Of a stretch of DNA of 64,000 nt, positions 9,684 through 19,563 are shown piece by piece (the first letter of the stretch is position 1; each line of letters opens with the position of its first letter). This stretch comes from an uncultured Acidobacteriaceae bacterium (GTDB lineage Bacteria; Acidobacteriota; Terriglobia; Terriglobales; Acidobacteriaceae): contig CAYOVU010000162.1 of assembly GCA_964407505.1 (NCBI GenBank), positions 27,247 through 91,246 on the forward strand. The letters run 5' to 3'. The notes under the pieces were generated by a model, which saw only the letters and a list, made by a program, of their open reading frames with translations, was not told the origin of the DNA and did not search any database. A program made the translations under genes and the position numbers.

Positions 9684-11303
9684 TCAGCGATACTTTGGCG
9701 GGTTCACCGACTGATCCATTCCCATACACTTTTGCCCGCCCTTTGCCACCTTCACACGAATGAGTCGCGGACTGTTTGCCGCAAATGCTTCTGTCAGGGC
9801 AGCCTCGAGATCTCCGGGTCGATCGACTTGCCGTGCCGTCATGCCATAGCCCTGAGCTATTTTAACAATGTCGATGTCAGGAATATCCATCCCCGGGACA
9901 TTTCGCGCGACCTGGGTAAAATCGCAGAATCCCTTGAGGGCTGAATAGTCTGAATTTTGCAGTACGATCGTAACTACCGGAACATTCTGCTGCACTGTAG
10001 TCCACAGCGCTTGAATCGAATATTGTATGGAGCCATCTCCAATTGGGCAGACCACCCGCCGATCCGGATGAGCTAACTGCAAGCCCGTTGCAAGGGGTAA
10101 TCCAAATCCCAAAATACCGCTTGGTACGGAATAATACGACTCTGGCTCATCCAGCATGAGATGGTGATCAAGGTCTCCCTTCGAGGACGGGCATTCTTCT
10201 GAGATCACCACACTTTTGGGCATCACTTTATTCAACATGCTGAATAGGTAAGCAGGCGTGATGGGGTCTTCCGGCGCAGGCTCAGGAGGTGCAGTGCGTT
10301 TGATTGTCGCGTTAGATGTTCGTGGCTTCGCATGATCACGAATGTATTCAGCCGCTATTTTGACGTTTCCGACGATACTGCTGCCGGTTAATGCGGCGGC
10401 GGCTCGCTCGGGCGAGTTCGTGAACTGAAACAGCTTTGTCCCCGGCTTAACTGGATTTCCCGGGACGTACGAGTAATAAAGAAAAACAGGAGCCCCCAAC
10501 ACAACCACCATGTCATACGCGGAGAGCTGATCGGCTAGTGGTTGCTGTGCAGGAAGCAGGCCGCCGCGAAAAAGGCGGTGCGTGCGCGGGAACGTCCAAC
10601 GCGGAGGAATGGGATTCTGATACACGTCCGCGTCCATGTGCTCCGCTAGAGCGATCACTGCGTTCCACGCTCCGTCTTCCTCGATTTCAGCGCCGGCCAC
10701 GATGGCTGGATTCGCGCTTGAGTCCAGCGCCCGAACCACTTCGTCCAGCGCAGAGGGATCAGGCATGACGGTCTTCGTTACCTTGCGCACCGATAGCGGC
10801 GAACAGGGTTGCATCCAGTCATCCATTGGAATGGAAATGAAGACCGGTCCCATGGGCGGCTGCATCGCAAGAAAATATCCCCGAGCTATTGCAGCAGGCA
10901 CATCTTGCGCGCGGAGTGGCTCGTAAGCCCATTTGACATAGGGCTTCACCACGTCCACGGCCCGGCTGACCAAAAATGGTTCCGCCAGCACATGGCGGCG
11001 ATCCTGTTGTCCTGTTGTCACCACCAGCGGAGCATGACAATAGTGGGCATCGATGAGCGCTGAGAGTCCATTGCCCACGCTGGCAATGGAATGCAAATTC
11101 ACGAACGCAGCTTCTCGCCGGCCGATGGCATAGCCGATCGCCATACCTGCGGCAACGCGTTCGTGCAGCGCGAGGACATATTTGAAATCGGCTGGCATGT
11201 CGCGCAAGAACGGTAATTCGGTGGATCCAGGATTCCCGAATATCGTCGTCATCCCCAAATCGCGCAGGACCTGATAGGTAACATCTCTTACCGTGCTTAC
11301 CAT
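9684..11303 (-). CDS. mdlC: thiamine-diphosphate-dependent decarboxylase, benzoylformate-decarboxylase-like
   Basis: 539 aa. From memory, it is colinear with Pseudomonas putida MdlC (TIFGNPGSTELPFL, VFISIPMDDW, GDGSIQYSIQALWT ThDP motif). The substrate is not established. Confidence 0.7.
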   Translation of the reverse strand: MVSTVRDVTYQVLRDLGMTTIFGNPGSTELPFLRDMPADFKYVLALHERVAAGMAIGYAIGRREAAFVNLHSIASVGNGLSALIDAHYCHAPLVVTTGQQDRRHVLAEPFLVSRAVDVVKPYVKWAYEPLRAQDVPAAIARGYFLAMQPPMGPVFISIPMDDWMQPCSPLSVRKVTKTVMPDPSALDEVVRALDSSANPAIVAGAEIEEDGAWNAVIALAEHMDADVYQNPIPPRWTFPRTHRLFRGGLLPAQQPLADQLSAYDMVVVLGAPVFLYYSYVPGNPVKPGTKLFQFTNSPERAAAALTGSSIVGNVKIAAEYIRDHAKPRTSNATIKRTAPPEPAPEDPITPAYLFSMLNKVMPKSVVISEECPSSKGDLDHHLMLDEPESYYSVPSGILGFGLPLATGLQLAHPDRRVVCPIGDGSIQYSIQALWTTVQQNVPVVTIVLQNSDYSALKGFCDFTQVARNVPGMDIPDIDIVKIAQGYGMTARQVDRPGDLEAALTEAFAANSPRLIRVKVAKGGQKCMGMDQSVNPPKYR

Positions 11304-11447
11304 GTGTTCGCCGTCGCCCTATGACATATCAGTCCGACGCGGAAGTTATATCACTACATCTCAAGGCAGAGTTAGCGAGTCGATTTGCCGCAAGAGTTGA
11401 AGTGGCCATCGCTCGAGTCTGAAAACCGTTTGCTATGATGCAGCGGC

Positions 11448-12677
11448 ATGAATTCCTCGAAGCGTTACGAGCGCACGCTGGTTGCAATTCTGTTCTTCAC
11501 CTGGGGTACGGTTTTTCTTGATCGCATGTCGCCCCTTTATCTTGCGCCTTATTTCGCTCCGGAATTCCACCTGAGCCACGCACAGATCGGTACGCTGGCT
11601 TCGGTGTTGGCCATTACGTGGGCGGCTTCCACGTTTTTCTTTGGCGCACTGTCGGATCACGTGGGCCGCAAACGAGTGCTGATTCCTGCTGTATTTATTT
11701 TCTCGATACTTTCCTGGATGACGGGACTGGCACACAGCTTTCATCAACTGTTGTGGATTCGAGGTTTGATGGGCCTGGCGGAAGGACCAACATGGTCGAT
11801 CATGACAGCCTTGATCGAAGAATCATCAGCGGTGCAGCGGCGCGGGCGAAACATCGGATTTGTGGTGAGCGCTGCCGCGCTCGTAGGCTTGGCAGCAGCA
11901 CCCGTGCTAACCACTCAGGTGGCGGCGCGTTGGGGATGGCGTTCCGCATTTTTCCTCGCCGGCGTTCCTGGTTTCTTGATGGGAGCGTTGATCTGGAAAT
12001 TTGTGAAAGAGCCGGCTCATAAGGAAAACGAGAGCCATGAAAAACCGACGTTGCGGGATTATGTTTCCCTCTTGCATTATCGCAACATGTGGCTCTGCTG
12101 CCTGGGAGCAACTGGTTTCATGTCTTGGCTGTTCGCGCTGAATGTGTTCGCTCCGCTCTACATCACGGAGGTCGCGCACCAGCCTGCGACTACAGCTGGC
12201 CTGTTGCTGGGAGCCACCGGGCTGGGCAGTTTTTTCCTTGGTTTTCTATTGCCCTCACTCTCTGATCGAATCGGCCGCAAGCCGGTTCTTCTGGTCTCAG
12301 CTGCACTGTCCGCCCTTATTCCTCTCGCGTTCTTGGTTCCTGTTCTATATGTATATCCGTTCCTGCTGGCGGCCATTGTATTCGTCACAAATTCGGGCCA
12401 GGGCATGGCGAGCCTTCTCATGGTGCTGGTTCCGACGGAGAGCGTTCCGCCTCAGTTCCGCGCTACCTCGATCGGTCTTGCCACTCTCGTTGGCGAAATC
12501 TTTGGCGCCACGGCGGCTCCAATCGTTGTGGGCAATCTCGCGGAAAAATATGGCCTGTCGTTAAGCATGTGGATGGCGGCGCTCGGGAGCGCAGTCGTGT
12601 TTGTCGTCGCCCTGTTCCTTCGGAAGACTGACCAACGTCCGGAATCGACTGACGGCTCGCCGCGGTTTTCTCAATAA
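11448..12677 (+). CDS. MFS transporter
   Basis: 409 aa with about 12 hydrophobic segments. MFS motif-A-like GALSDHVGRKRV and LSDRIGRKPV. Confidence 0.85.
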   Translation: MNSSKRYERTLVAILFFTWGTVFLDRMSPLYLAPYFAPEFHLSHAQIGTLASVLAITWAASTFFFGALSDHVGRKRVLIPAVFIFSILSWMTGLAHSFHQLLWIRGLMGLAEGPTWSIMTALIEESSAVQRRGRNIGFVVSAAALVGLAAAPVLTTQVAARWGWRSAFFLAGVPGFLMGALIWKFVKEPAHKENESHEKPTLRDYVSLLHYRNMWLCCLGATGFMSWLFALNVFAPLYITEVAHQPATTAGLLLGATGLGSFFLGFLLPSLSDRIGRKPVLLVSAALSALIPLAFLVPVLYVYPFLLAAIVFVTNSGQGMASLLMVLVPTESVPPQFRATSIGLATLVGEIFGATAAPIVVGNLAEKYGLSLSMWMAALGSAVVFVVALFLRKTDQRPESTDGSPRFSQ

Positions 12678-12931
12678 GGCTGGGTTGAGGCAGGACTTAG
12701 AAGCTCTGCCAGCAGGCACCTCCACCGGCGCGGAGCTGCTGCTATACCCATTTGGTATGACCATCCTACCAAAGATGTATTGGACAGTTTTTTCCTTTCA
12801 AACGATGCTCACGATCCATAGTGGCGTTCCAGTTTGGGCGCATTTCTGTCTAATCGAAGCTAGCCGTTGTTCAGGCTAAGCTGCGAGTGGGTAAACTGGT
12901 TCTCGGAGAATATGCAAGCTCGCAGGCAACA

Positions 12932-12964
12932 GCGTAGCTCTTGGGCTACGCAGTTTTGCTTTTG
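12932..12964 (+). terminator. Rho-independent terminator-like hairpin with a T-rich tail
   Basis: GCGTAGC-TCTTGG-GCTACGC followed by AGTTTTGCTTTTG. It lies between the MFS gene and the TonB-dependent receptor start. Confidence 0.35.
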
Positions 12965-13020
12965 TGGTGCTGCCTGTTGTTGCTCGTGATAGGTCAACCA
13001 AGCTTGAAGAGGGAAAAGTC

Positions 13021-16000
13021 ATGAGGCAGCGTTCCATGTTGAACGTTTGGTTGGTGGTGGTAACGGCGGTCTGTCTGGTTCCTCACGCATTAGGGCAAGC
13101 CACTCTTAGCTTCGCTCAGTTAAACGGCACCGTACAGGATACCAGCGGCCGGATCGTCGTCGGAGCCTCGGTTAGTGCGCGCAACCTCGGCACCAATCAA
13201 AGCTACGCAGCCACTACGAACAGCTCGGGCTACTACGTAGTACCCAATCTCCCTCCGGGACAATACGAGCTTACTGTGCAGGCGACGGGCTTCGGCAAGT
13301 CCGTGGAGACTGGTTTCACTTTGACGGTCGGTCAGACCGCGACGCTCGACGTAACTTTGAAAGTCGCGGGCGTCGGCGAATTGGTCACGGTAACGACTGA
13401 GGCGCCGCCAGTGGAAACCAGCCGCACCGAAATCAGCCAGGTGATCGACGCGCCGCAGATTCAATCCCTACCAGTAAACGGCCGGCAATTCGTGGATTTC
13501 GCGTTGCTCACACCAGGTGTCGCGACAGGCAGAACCAGCATTCAATCCACCTTCACCGAGCCGGATATCACCCGCATTTCCTTCGGTGGCATGCGCGACT
13601 TGAGTAATGCCGTCACCGTCGACGGCGCAGACTACATCGACGAAGGCACAGGTTCGCAGCGGGCCACTCCGTCGCAGGAAGCTGTAAGTGAATTCCGAGT
13701 CGTGAACAACAGCTTCGGAGCCGAGTATGGGCGCGCGCTGGGCGGAATCGTCAACGTGGTTACCAAGTCAGGTACGAATGACCTACATGGTTCGCTATAC
13801 GGTTATCTTGGCAACAAGGCTGCTAACTCGCGCTCTCTTCTGCAAACCGCACAATACGATCAGTATCGCCGGGGCCAGTTCGGAGGCACGTTGGGTGGGC
13901 CGATCCAGAAGGATAGGACTTTCTTCTTCGCCAATTACGAGGGGCAGAGGCTCGGAGAATCGCCGACTTATCCGAGTACGTTGATCGGTAATTTGGCCGT
14001 ATTTGATGCGGCGAAGATCGCCCTGGGCCTGCCGCCGGAGAATTTGAACACCCTGAAGACGCTGGATAACGATAACGGATTCGCCCGCTTCGACGAACAA
14101 ATCAACATGAACAACCGGCTCACCATTCACTACGGAGTGATCGACGCCCGCGATATGAACGTGCTGGTCGGAGATACGCTTGACGGCGGCGGAATCGGTG
14201 CGCCCAGCGATGGACATAACACCTTCCTGCGCGATCAGTCTCTGGTCGGCACTGTAAATACGCTGGTCAAACCGAATGTGGTCAATACGTTTCTCGTGCA
14301 GTACGCGAGGCGCCACTATAACTTCCCCGCGACCACCGGCCAGCCGAATCTCGACTTGCCCAACGAGCTTTCGTTCGGTCACAACTTCGGCACTTTCGAC
14401 GCCCTCGATGAAAGCCGGCAACAGATTTCGGACAGCATTGCGTGGATCAAAGGCACTCACTACTTGAAGGCTGGCATCGACGCGAACTTCATCCAGAATT
14501 TCGTGATCTGGCCCGGCTTCACGCCCATGCGCATTGTCTTGCCGGGCGATAACTGCCTGGTGGATTTTGCCAACTATGTGAATCCGACGGCCGATGTTCC
14601 CGGCGTACCCGGCCCGCCATGCCCCACAGGATCGGCTCCGCCAAGCGGACCGGGCCCGAATCCAAACGATCCTCTCAACGGCGTACCGATCGTTTTCTGG
14701 GGGGCTCCGCTAGGCACCGGCCCGGTTGTCGCGGGCAGTTTGCCTCCAGTGATTCCCACTACTTTTCAAAATGCCTACGTTGATCCTCAGGACTTCTCGT
14801 TCAACCTCAACCACAGCTATTTCGGACTGTACTTTCAGGACCAATGGCGGCTCAATCCCAAACTAACCTTCAACTATGGCTTACGTTGGGATGAGGAACT
14901 TGGACTGTCACAGATTGTCAATCCTGACCACCGCGGGTTTCAGCCGCGTATGGGATTGGCATATTCTCCGGGCAAGCATACGGTGATTCGCGCGGGGTAT
15001 GGGGTCTTCGACGATCACTACAACATGACATTTTTCTTCGTCACCTACCCGCAACGCGAAGTAGTGATTCCAAACGCGGCGCAGCCTTGGGTAAGGCAAG
15101 GGAACTCGACAGCAACCTGGGCGCTGAACCAACTCAGCTTCGATGCTCCTAACCCGGGTAACCCCTGCGCCGGGCCGGGTTCGGCTTGTCCTTTGCCCTA
15201 TCCCGATGGATCAACTGTACCGACTCCGTCGCAGGCGGCAAAGACTCTCCTCTTAACCGGCCAGACTCCGCCCAACTTCAATACTGGCCCGGGTCCCGGC
15301 CAGGATCCAAACTTGCCACCCGGCGGCAGCTTTGTCACCAACAGCGGCGGCGGCATTGACCGTAATATGCGGCTGGCTTACTCCCAGCAGGCAAGTCTGC
15401 AGTTGGATCAGGAGATCGGCAAAGGATTAGTTCTGAGTGTTGGCTATTTGTTCCTCCGCGCACACAAGCAGATCCGGCCGGAGAACCTGAACGTTTGCCC
15501 CTCCGCTGGACTAGCCAATGACGCTACGTTCTGTCCTCCAGCTTCAGCGATTCCGGGTCCACCCATTACTCCGACCGGTCCTTTCCCCGGTAACAAGACA
15601 TTCGACGGGAAGGATGCGTTTAGCGGAGTTTTATATAACAACGCGGGCCTCATGTACTTCCTTGACGGATCCGGAAACGCGGAATATGACGGCGGTACAG
15701 TTTCGGTCACCGACAAGTTGGGACAGTATTTGCGCTTCAACGCGAACTACACCTACTCGCATACCCGCGACGACGGCACGTTCACGACTTTTGTGAGTAC
15801 TCCGCAAGACCTCTACAATCGCGCTCTGGAACGCGCCAATTCAGTGCAGGATATTCGCCACCGATTTGTGGGGAACTTTACCGCCGACACGCCGCAGAGC
15901 AGCTTCCTGCGAAACTTTGAGTTCAGTATGATTGCCTCCCTGCAGACGCCGAGGCCTTTCACCATGTTCGTCGGCAACGACATCAACGGCGACACTAACC

Positions 16001-16413
16001 CCGTGACCGACCGCGTCGGCTGGTCGCCGCGCAACGCATATTACGGCGATCACTTTTATGATTTTGATCTTCGTGCGTCGCACTCCTTCAAGTTCGGTGA
16101 ACATAGACAGCTTCTATTAGCCTTCGACGCCTTTGATGTGTTCAATCGCCAGAACATTAATGAGGTGACTTCGGTCTACGGTGGCGGGACACCGGATTTC
16201 TGCGGCGGCACCAACGCCCTTAACGGGCCGGTGCCAAAACACTACAACGATGCCGCCTCGCTTGCTATTCAACGCGGGCAGGTAAGCTGTCCGGCAGAGA
16301 TTACCTCGCTTGGTCCTGTAGCGACGGCCCCGGCGCCGAGTGCATTGTTCGGTACGCCAAGGACTATGTTCAACCCGCGTCAACTACAGATTTCAGCTAA
16401 ATGGACTTTTTAA
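13021..16413 (+). CDS. TonB-dependent receptor with N-terminal carboxypeptidase-regulatory-like domain
   Basis: Signal peptide MRQRSMLNVWLVVVTAVCLVPHALGQ. CarboxypepD_reg-like segment (GTVQDTSGRIVVGASVSARN...GYYVVPNLPPGQYELTV). Large beta-barrel-like remainder ending in KWTF (terminal Phe). The ATG at 13021 is preferred over the track start at 12964. Confidence 0.85.
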   Translation: MRQRSMLNVWLVVVTAVCLVPHALGQATLSFAQLNGTVQDTSGRIVVGASVSARNLGTNQSYAATTNSSGYYVVPNLPPGQYELTVQATGFGKSVETGFTLTVGQTATLDVTLKVAGVGELVTVTTEAPPVETSRTEISQVIDAPQIQSLPVNGRQFVDFALLTPGVATGRTSIQSTFTEPDITRISFGGMRDLSNAVTVDGADYIDEGTGSQRATPSQEAVSEFRVVNNSFGAEYGRALGGIVNVVTKSGTNDLHGSLYGYLGNKAANSRSLLQTAQYDQYRRGQFGGTLGGPIQKDRTFFFANYEGQRLGESPTYPSTLIGNLAVFDAAKIALGLPPENLNTLKTLDNDNGFARFDEQINMNNRLTIHYGVIDARDMNVLVGDTLDGGGIGAPSDGHNTFLRDQSLVGTVNTLVKPNVVNTFLVQYARRHYNFPATTGQPNLDLPNELSFGHNFGTFDALDESRQQISDSIAWIKGTHYLKAGIDANFIQNFVIWPGFTPMRIVLPGDNCLVDFANYVNPTADVPGVPGPPCPTGSAPPSGPGPNPNDPLNGVPIVFWGAPLGTGPVVAGSLPPVIPTTFQNAYVDPQDFSFNLNHSYFGLYFQDQWRLNPKLTFNYGLRWDEELGLSQIVNPDHRGFQPRMGLAYSPGKHTVIRAGYGVFDDHYNMTFFFVTYPQREVVIPNAAQPWVRQGNSTATWALNQLSFDAPNPGNPCAGPGSACPLPYPDGSTVPTPSQAAKTLLLTGQTPPNFNTGPGPGQDPNLPPGGSFVTNSGGGIDRNMRLAYSQQASLQLDQEIGKGLVLSVGYLFLRAHKQIRPENLNVCPSAGLANDATFCPPASAIPGPPITPTGPFPGNKTFDGKDAFSGVLYNNAGLMYFLDGSGNAEYDGGTVSVTDKLGQYLRFNANYTYSHTRDDGTFTTFVSTPQDLYNRALERANSVQDIRHRFVGNFTADTPQSSFLRNFEFSMIASLQTPRPFTMFVGNDINGDTNPVTDRVGWSPRNAYYGDHFYDFDLRASHSFKFGEHRQLLLAFDAFDVFNRQNINEVTSVYGGGTPDFCGGTNALNGPVPKHYNDAASLAIQRGQVSCPAEITSLGPVATAPAPSALFGTPRTMFNPRQLQISAKWTF

Positions 16414-16622
16414 GGAAGAGACGCTTTACAGGTGAGACGGTTCTTTTTCAGGGGTCATAAGTCCTGACTGCTCGGTCCTTCATTTGAGGAATTTCCCGTT
16501 ATCCCTACAACGGCAATTCTCAAAAATCGCCTCTAGCAGCGAAAATAGTCAAACTTTCAGGAAAAGCGTGGTGTCCTAATTAGAGCAATAATAGACAAGC
16601 GAAGAAATGCGCTAACGCGAGG

Positions 16623-17297
16623 TCACGCTCGATCCCGGCAAATACTGTTGATGTCTTGGTTCTCAAGAACGGACTTAAGAAAGCCCCGCTTGGCGACGTT
16701 CAGCATTGCGCGGCCTAAGCATTCCGTCGTTGTCACGTACTTCGGGAAAAGCAACTTCCATACTGGATAGAGGGGCCCCATTATTGCGTAAACCGCTCTG
16801 TACCATTTCGTCTTTGTCCTGACCCCGTGGAGTGGCTGGATAAAACCAAGACTGAACATGTATACAGCCTTGAACGGTATCTGCAACAGCGTGTTTTCTA
16901 TCTTGCCTTTTACCCGCGCCCACATCATGCGGCCGCGCTCGGTACTATCAGTGCCCGCGCCCGACACGTAAATAAACGTCATCGTTGGGTTGGGCTTGGC
17001 TAAGGTTCTAGCCACGGAAATCGTGAGATCGTATGTCACGCGTCGATACGCCTCCTCATTCATCCCTGCTGCGGAGACGCCGAGGCAGAAAAAGCATGTA
17101 TTGTAGCCCGACAGGCTACCTTGAATTGCGGAGAGATCAGAAAGGTTGTTGTGTACGATTTAGTGCAGTTTCTCGTGCTGCTGTCCAATGGCATTGCGCC
17201 CAATTGCGAGGACGGTTTCAACCTCGGGATCAAGCAGGCAATCGCGCAGGACGCACTGCCCGACCATCCCCGTCGCCCCGAGAAGAATCACCTTCAC
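16623..17297 (-). pseudogene. NAD(P)H-binding (atypical SDR/epimerase-like) gene interrupted by one in-frame TAA
   Basis: The minus strand from GTG 17297 reads VKVILLGATGMVGQCVLRDCLLDPEVETVLAIGRNAIGQQHEKLH-TAA(17160-17162)-IVHNNLSDLSAIQGSLSGYNTCFFCLGVSAAGMNEEAYRRV. It continues in the same frame into the 146-aa track ORF 16623..17063. Rossmann GxxGxxG motif is present. Confidence 0.7.
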
Positions 17298-17359
17298 GTA
17301 TGACCGCTTTTCAACTCAATCTTGCATGGCTGAAATTGAAGGGAAAGAGCTCGTAACCC

Positions 17360-18475
17360 TTACTCGAACTGAAGCATTACAATCTCGGGATTCGATCCCA
17401 GCCGCAGCGGCGGTCCCCAGGTTCCTGCTCCACTCGAAGTGAAAACCTGCATCTTCCCGATCCGGCTTAAGCCATAAACAAACTGCCGGTAGATCCGCCG
17501 CGCCATCCAACTCCAAGGCAAGAATTGGCCAAGGTGCGTATGCCCGGACAGCTGCAGGGAAACGCCAGCGGCCTCCGCAATCTCCGGATGGTCAGGCGCA
17601 TGCGTCAACAGAATGCTCGCGCGGTCGCGATCCAAGCCGATGTTATGCAGCACAGACGCAAGCTGCCCGTTCTGTGTCGCATTCCGGTACGGAACGCCAA
17701 TGATCTGCAAACCGTCCACTTCCACCTTCTCATTGCTGAGCACGCGCACTCCGGCCGCCGCAATGGCATTCAGATATTTGCTGTCGTCTCCAAATTGCTC
17801 ATGATTTCCCGCGACGAAATACACACCCTGAGGCGCCACGAGTTCGCTCAATGGCTCTGCTGCTCGCCGCGCGTCGATGGCCGTCCCATCATACAAATCA
17901 CCAGCAACAAAAATCGCGTCTGGCTCTTCCCTCAAAGTCTTCGCAACCAAGCGCCGCAGAAAACTGCCATTTCGCACGTGTCCCAGGTGCACATCGCTGA
18001 TCAGCGCCGCTCTTCGCCCGCGCCACGCGGCGGGCAAGTTCGCGAGCCGCACCGTCGTTCGGGTGATCCGCGTCCAGCCTGCGTTGAAAACCCCGTAGAG
18101 TCCGGCCATGGCCGCAGCACCGAACAGCAATTCCACGGTCCGATGGAAGTTCATGTTCAGCCCGGTCAGCCGCGCAACTCCGAAAATAATCCAGGAGGAA
18201 ACCGCAGCGAGAAAGAGAAAGCTCACCAGACCCATCCAAACCGCAGCAGCCCTGTAAAACGCGCGCAGAGCAGCATTTGTATAGCGAAAGGCAAGTAGCG
18301 AAGCGGCAACAAAACTTACCGACAAAAAACCGAGGATGAGTTTGATCCAGAACGCGCCGGGGTTTTCGCTCCCTGCGGGGGGAAAGGTCCACGTCTTATA
18401 GAGGAGATAATGGGTCAAGAAAAGAACGGACTGAATCACTGCGATGAAACCGATTAAGTCTTTTCGTACACGCAT
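17360..18475 (-). CDS. membrane-anchored metallophosphoesterase
   Basis: 371 aa. N-terminal TM helices followed by calcineurin-like motifs ISDVHLG, GDLYDG, GNHE and GHTH. Confidence 0.85.
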   Translation of the reverse strand: MRVRKDLIGFIAVIQSVLFLTHYLLYKTWTFPPAGSENPGAFWIKLILGFLSVSFVAASLLAFRYTNAALRAFYRAAAVWMGLVSFLFLAAVSSWIIFGVARLTGLNMNFHRTVELLFGAAAMAGLYGVFNAGWTRITRTTVRLANLPAAWRGRRAALISDVHLGHVRNGSFLRRLVAKTLREEPDAIFVAGDLYDGTAIDARRAAEPLSELVAPQGVYFVAGNHEQFGDDSKYLNAIAAAGVRVLSNEKVEVDGLQIIGVPYRNATQNGQLASVLHNIGLDRDRASILLTHAPDHPEIAEAAGVSLQLSGHTHLGQFLPWSWMARRIYRQFVYGLSRIGKMQVFTSSGAGTWGPPLRLGSNPEIVMLQFE

Positions 18476-18568
18476 GGTGTATTAGACTCCCCAACCCGCC
18501 ATGTTCACTGCTCTCGCTTTAAGTATACCTCATAGTCGTTTTTGGTATACTTAGTACCGTTAGATAGT

Positions 18569-19198
18569 ATGCCAGTGAAAAAGGTTCAGAAAAAAAGCGC
18601 AGGCACCGGAGAGCGTGGTTCGGCCAAGCCTAATGCCATCGTGTTGGCGGGACTAAAGCTGTTCACCCAATACGGATATCGCAAGACTTCCATTGATGAT
18701 ATTGCCAACGCGGCACAGGTGGCCAAGCGCACGGTATACCTGCACTTTGAGAACAAAGCGGCGGTCTTTCTGGCAATTCTTGAATATCTCGGCGACCAGG
18801 TCCGACAGCGATGCGCTGCCGCCGAGGGCGCGGGCGGCACGGCTGTCGACCGGCTGACTGGGTTACTCGATGCCTACTTTGGAATGGCGTTTGAGCTATT
18901 CAGCAAATCTGAGCACATACCGGAACTGCAGGAGACTTTCTCAATGCTGGCGCGGGCGAAGGTGGGCGACTTGAATGCGGAATACGAAGAGCGTCTCGCG
19001 AGATTTTTGCGATCGCTCCTGAAAACGGGCGCGATTGGAGGGACTCCACAGGGGCTCACTGTGGAACAGATCGTCCACATCTTGGTGCGGGCGGCAGAGG
19101 GGGCCAAACACGACCCAGAAGTACAGGGTGATCGCAGGGCACTTGAGCGGCGGCTGCGGGAGCTGGCGATACTTGCCGTTGCCGCGATGAAAAAGTAA
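18569..19198 (+). CDS. TetR/AcrR-family transcriptional regulator
   Basis: TetR_N HTH: AIVLAGLKLFTQYGYRKTSIDDIANAAQVAKRTVYLHFENK. Start is either the ATG at 18569 or the track start at 18542. Confidence 0.85.
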   Translation: MPVKKVQKKSAGTGERGSAKPNAIVLAGLKLFTQYGYRKTSIDDIANAAQVAKRTVYLHFENKAAVFLAILEYLGDQVRQRCAAAEGAGGTAVDRLTGLLDAYFGMAFELFSKSEHIPELQETFSMLARAKVGDLNAEYEERLARFLRSLLKTGAIGGTPQGLTVEQIVHILVRAAEGAKHDPEVQGDRRALERRLRELAILAVAAMKK

Positions 19199-19563
19199 TT
19201 CGATGAGAAGGACTGGCACCGCCCAGTTCAGTAATAGCAGGCTCCGGCTGCTGCTCGACACCGGGCAGATCACCGAGACGGACTACGATGCACAGCGGAT
19301 GGAGGTCTGAGAAATTCTCAACTTTGTTTAGTGCTCCTCGCTTTCAAAAAGTGTCTGCTTGGATTGCTTCCGCCATCCTAACTTATCTTATGAACGTTTT
19401 GAATGCACGTTATCGTTTCTTTGAAGCATAACTTTACGATTCCTTTATCGCTGACATACAGATTCTTTATGACCTGTCTGCTAGCTTCGGGCACAGGGCG
19501 TGAACTCCAAAGCTAATCGAAAGATTCGACTCTCCTGAGCACGTCCTGGCGGAGGGTAGTGCA

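Noticed and set aside
12964-13020. N-terminal extensions offered by the ORF track (12964, 29929, 32370, 41047, 55300, 29613, 18542).
   Set aside because: Internal ATG or GTG codons with better SD sequences, and/or that give a canonical signal peptide or family N-terminus, are more plausible starts. The extensions overlap upstream genes or lack an SD.
17033-17356. Plus-strand 107-aa ORF overlapping the 5' part of the NAD(P)-binding pseudogene.
   Set aside because: The opposite strand encodes a clear Rossmann-fold N-terminus. The plus-strand translation is Arg/Ser/Pro-rich noise.
18500-18568. Short imperfect inverted repeats (GGTA-N7-TACC, ATACT-N15-AGTAT) upstream of the TetR gene, considered as possible operators.
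   Set aside because: The arms are only 4-5 bp and imperfect, which is not distinguishable from chance by eye.
19203-19310. 35-aa ORF (MRRTGTAQFSNSRLRLLLDTGQITETDYDAQRMEV) with a SHOCT-like C-terminus, right after the TetR stop.
   Set aside because: It has no SD, it is very short, and the resemblance rests on about 15 residues. This is not enough to call a gene.
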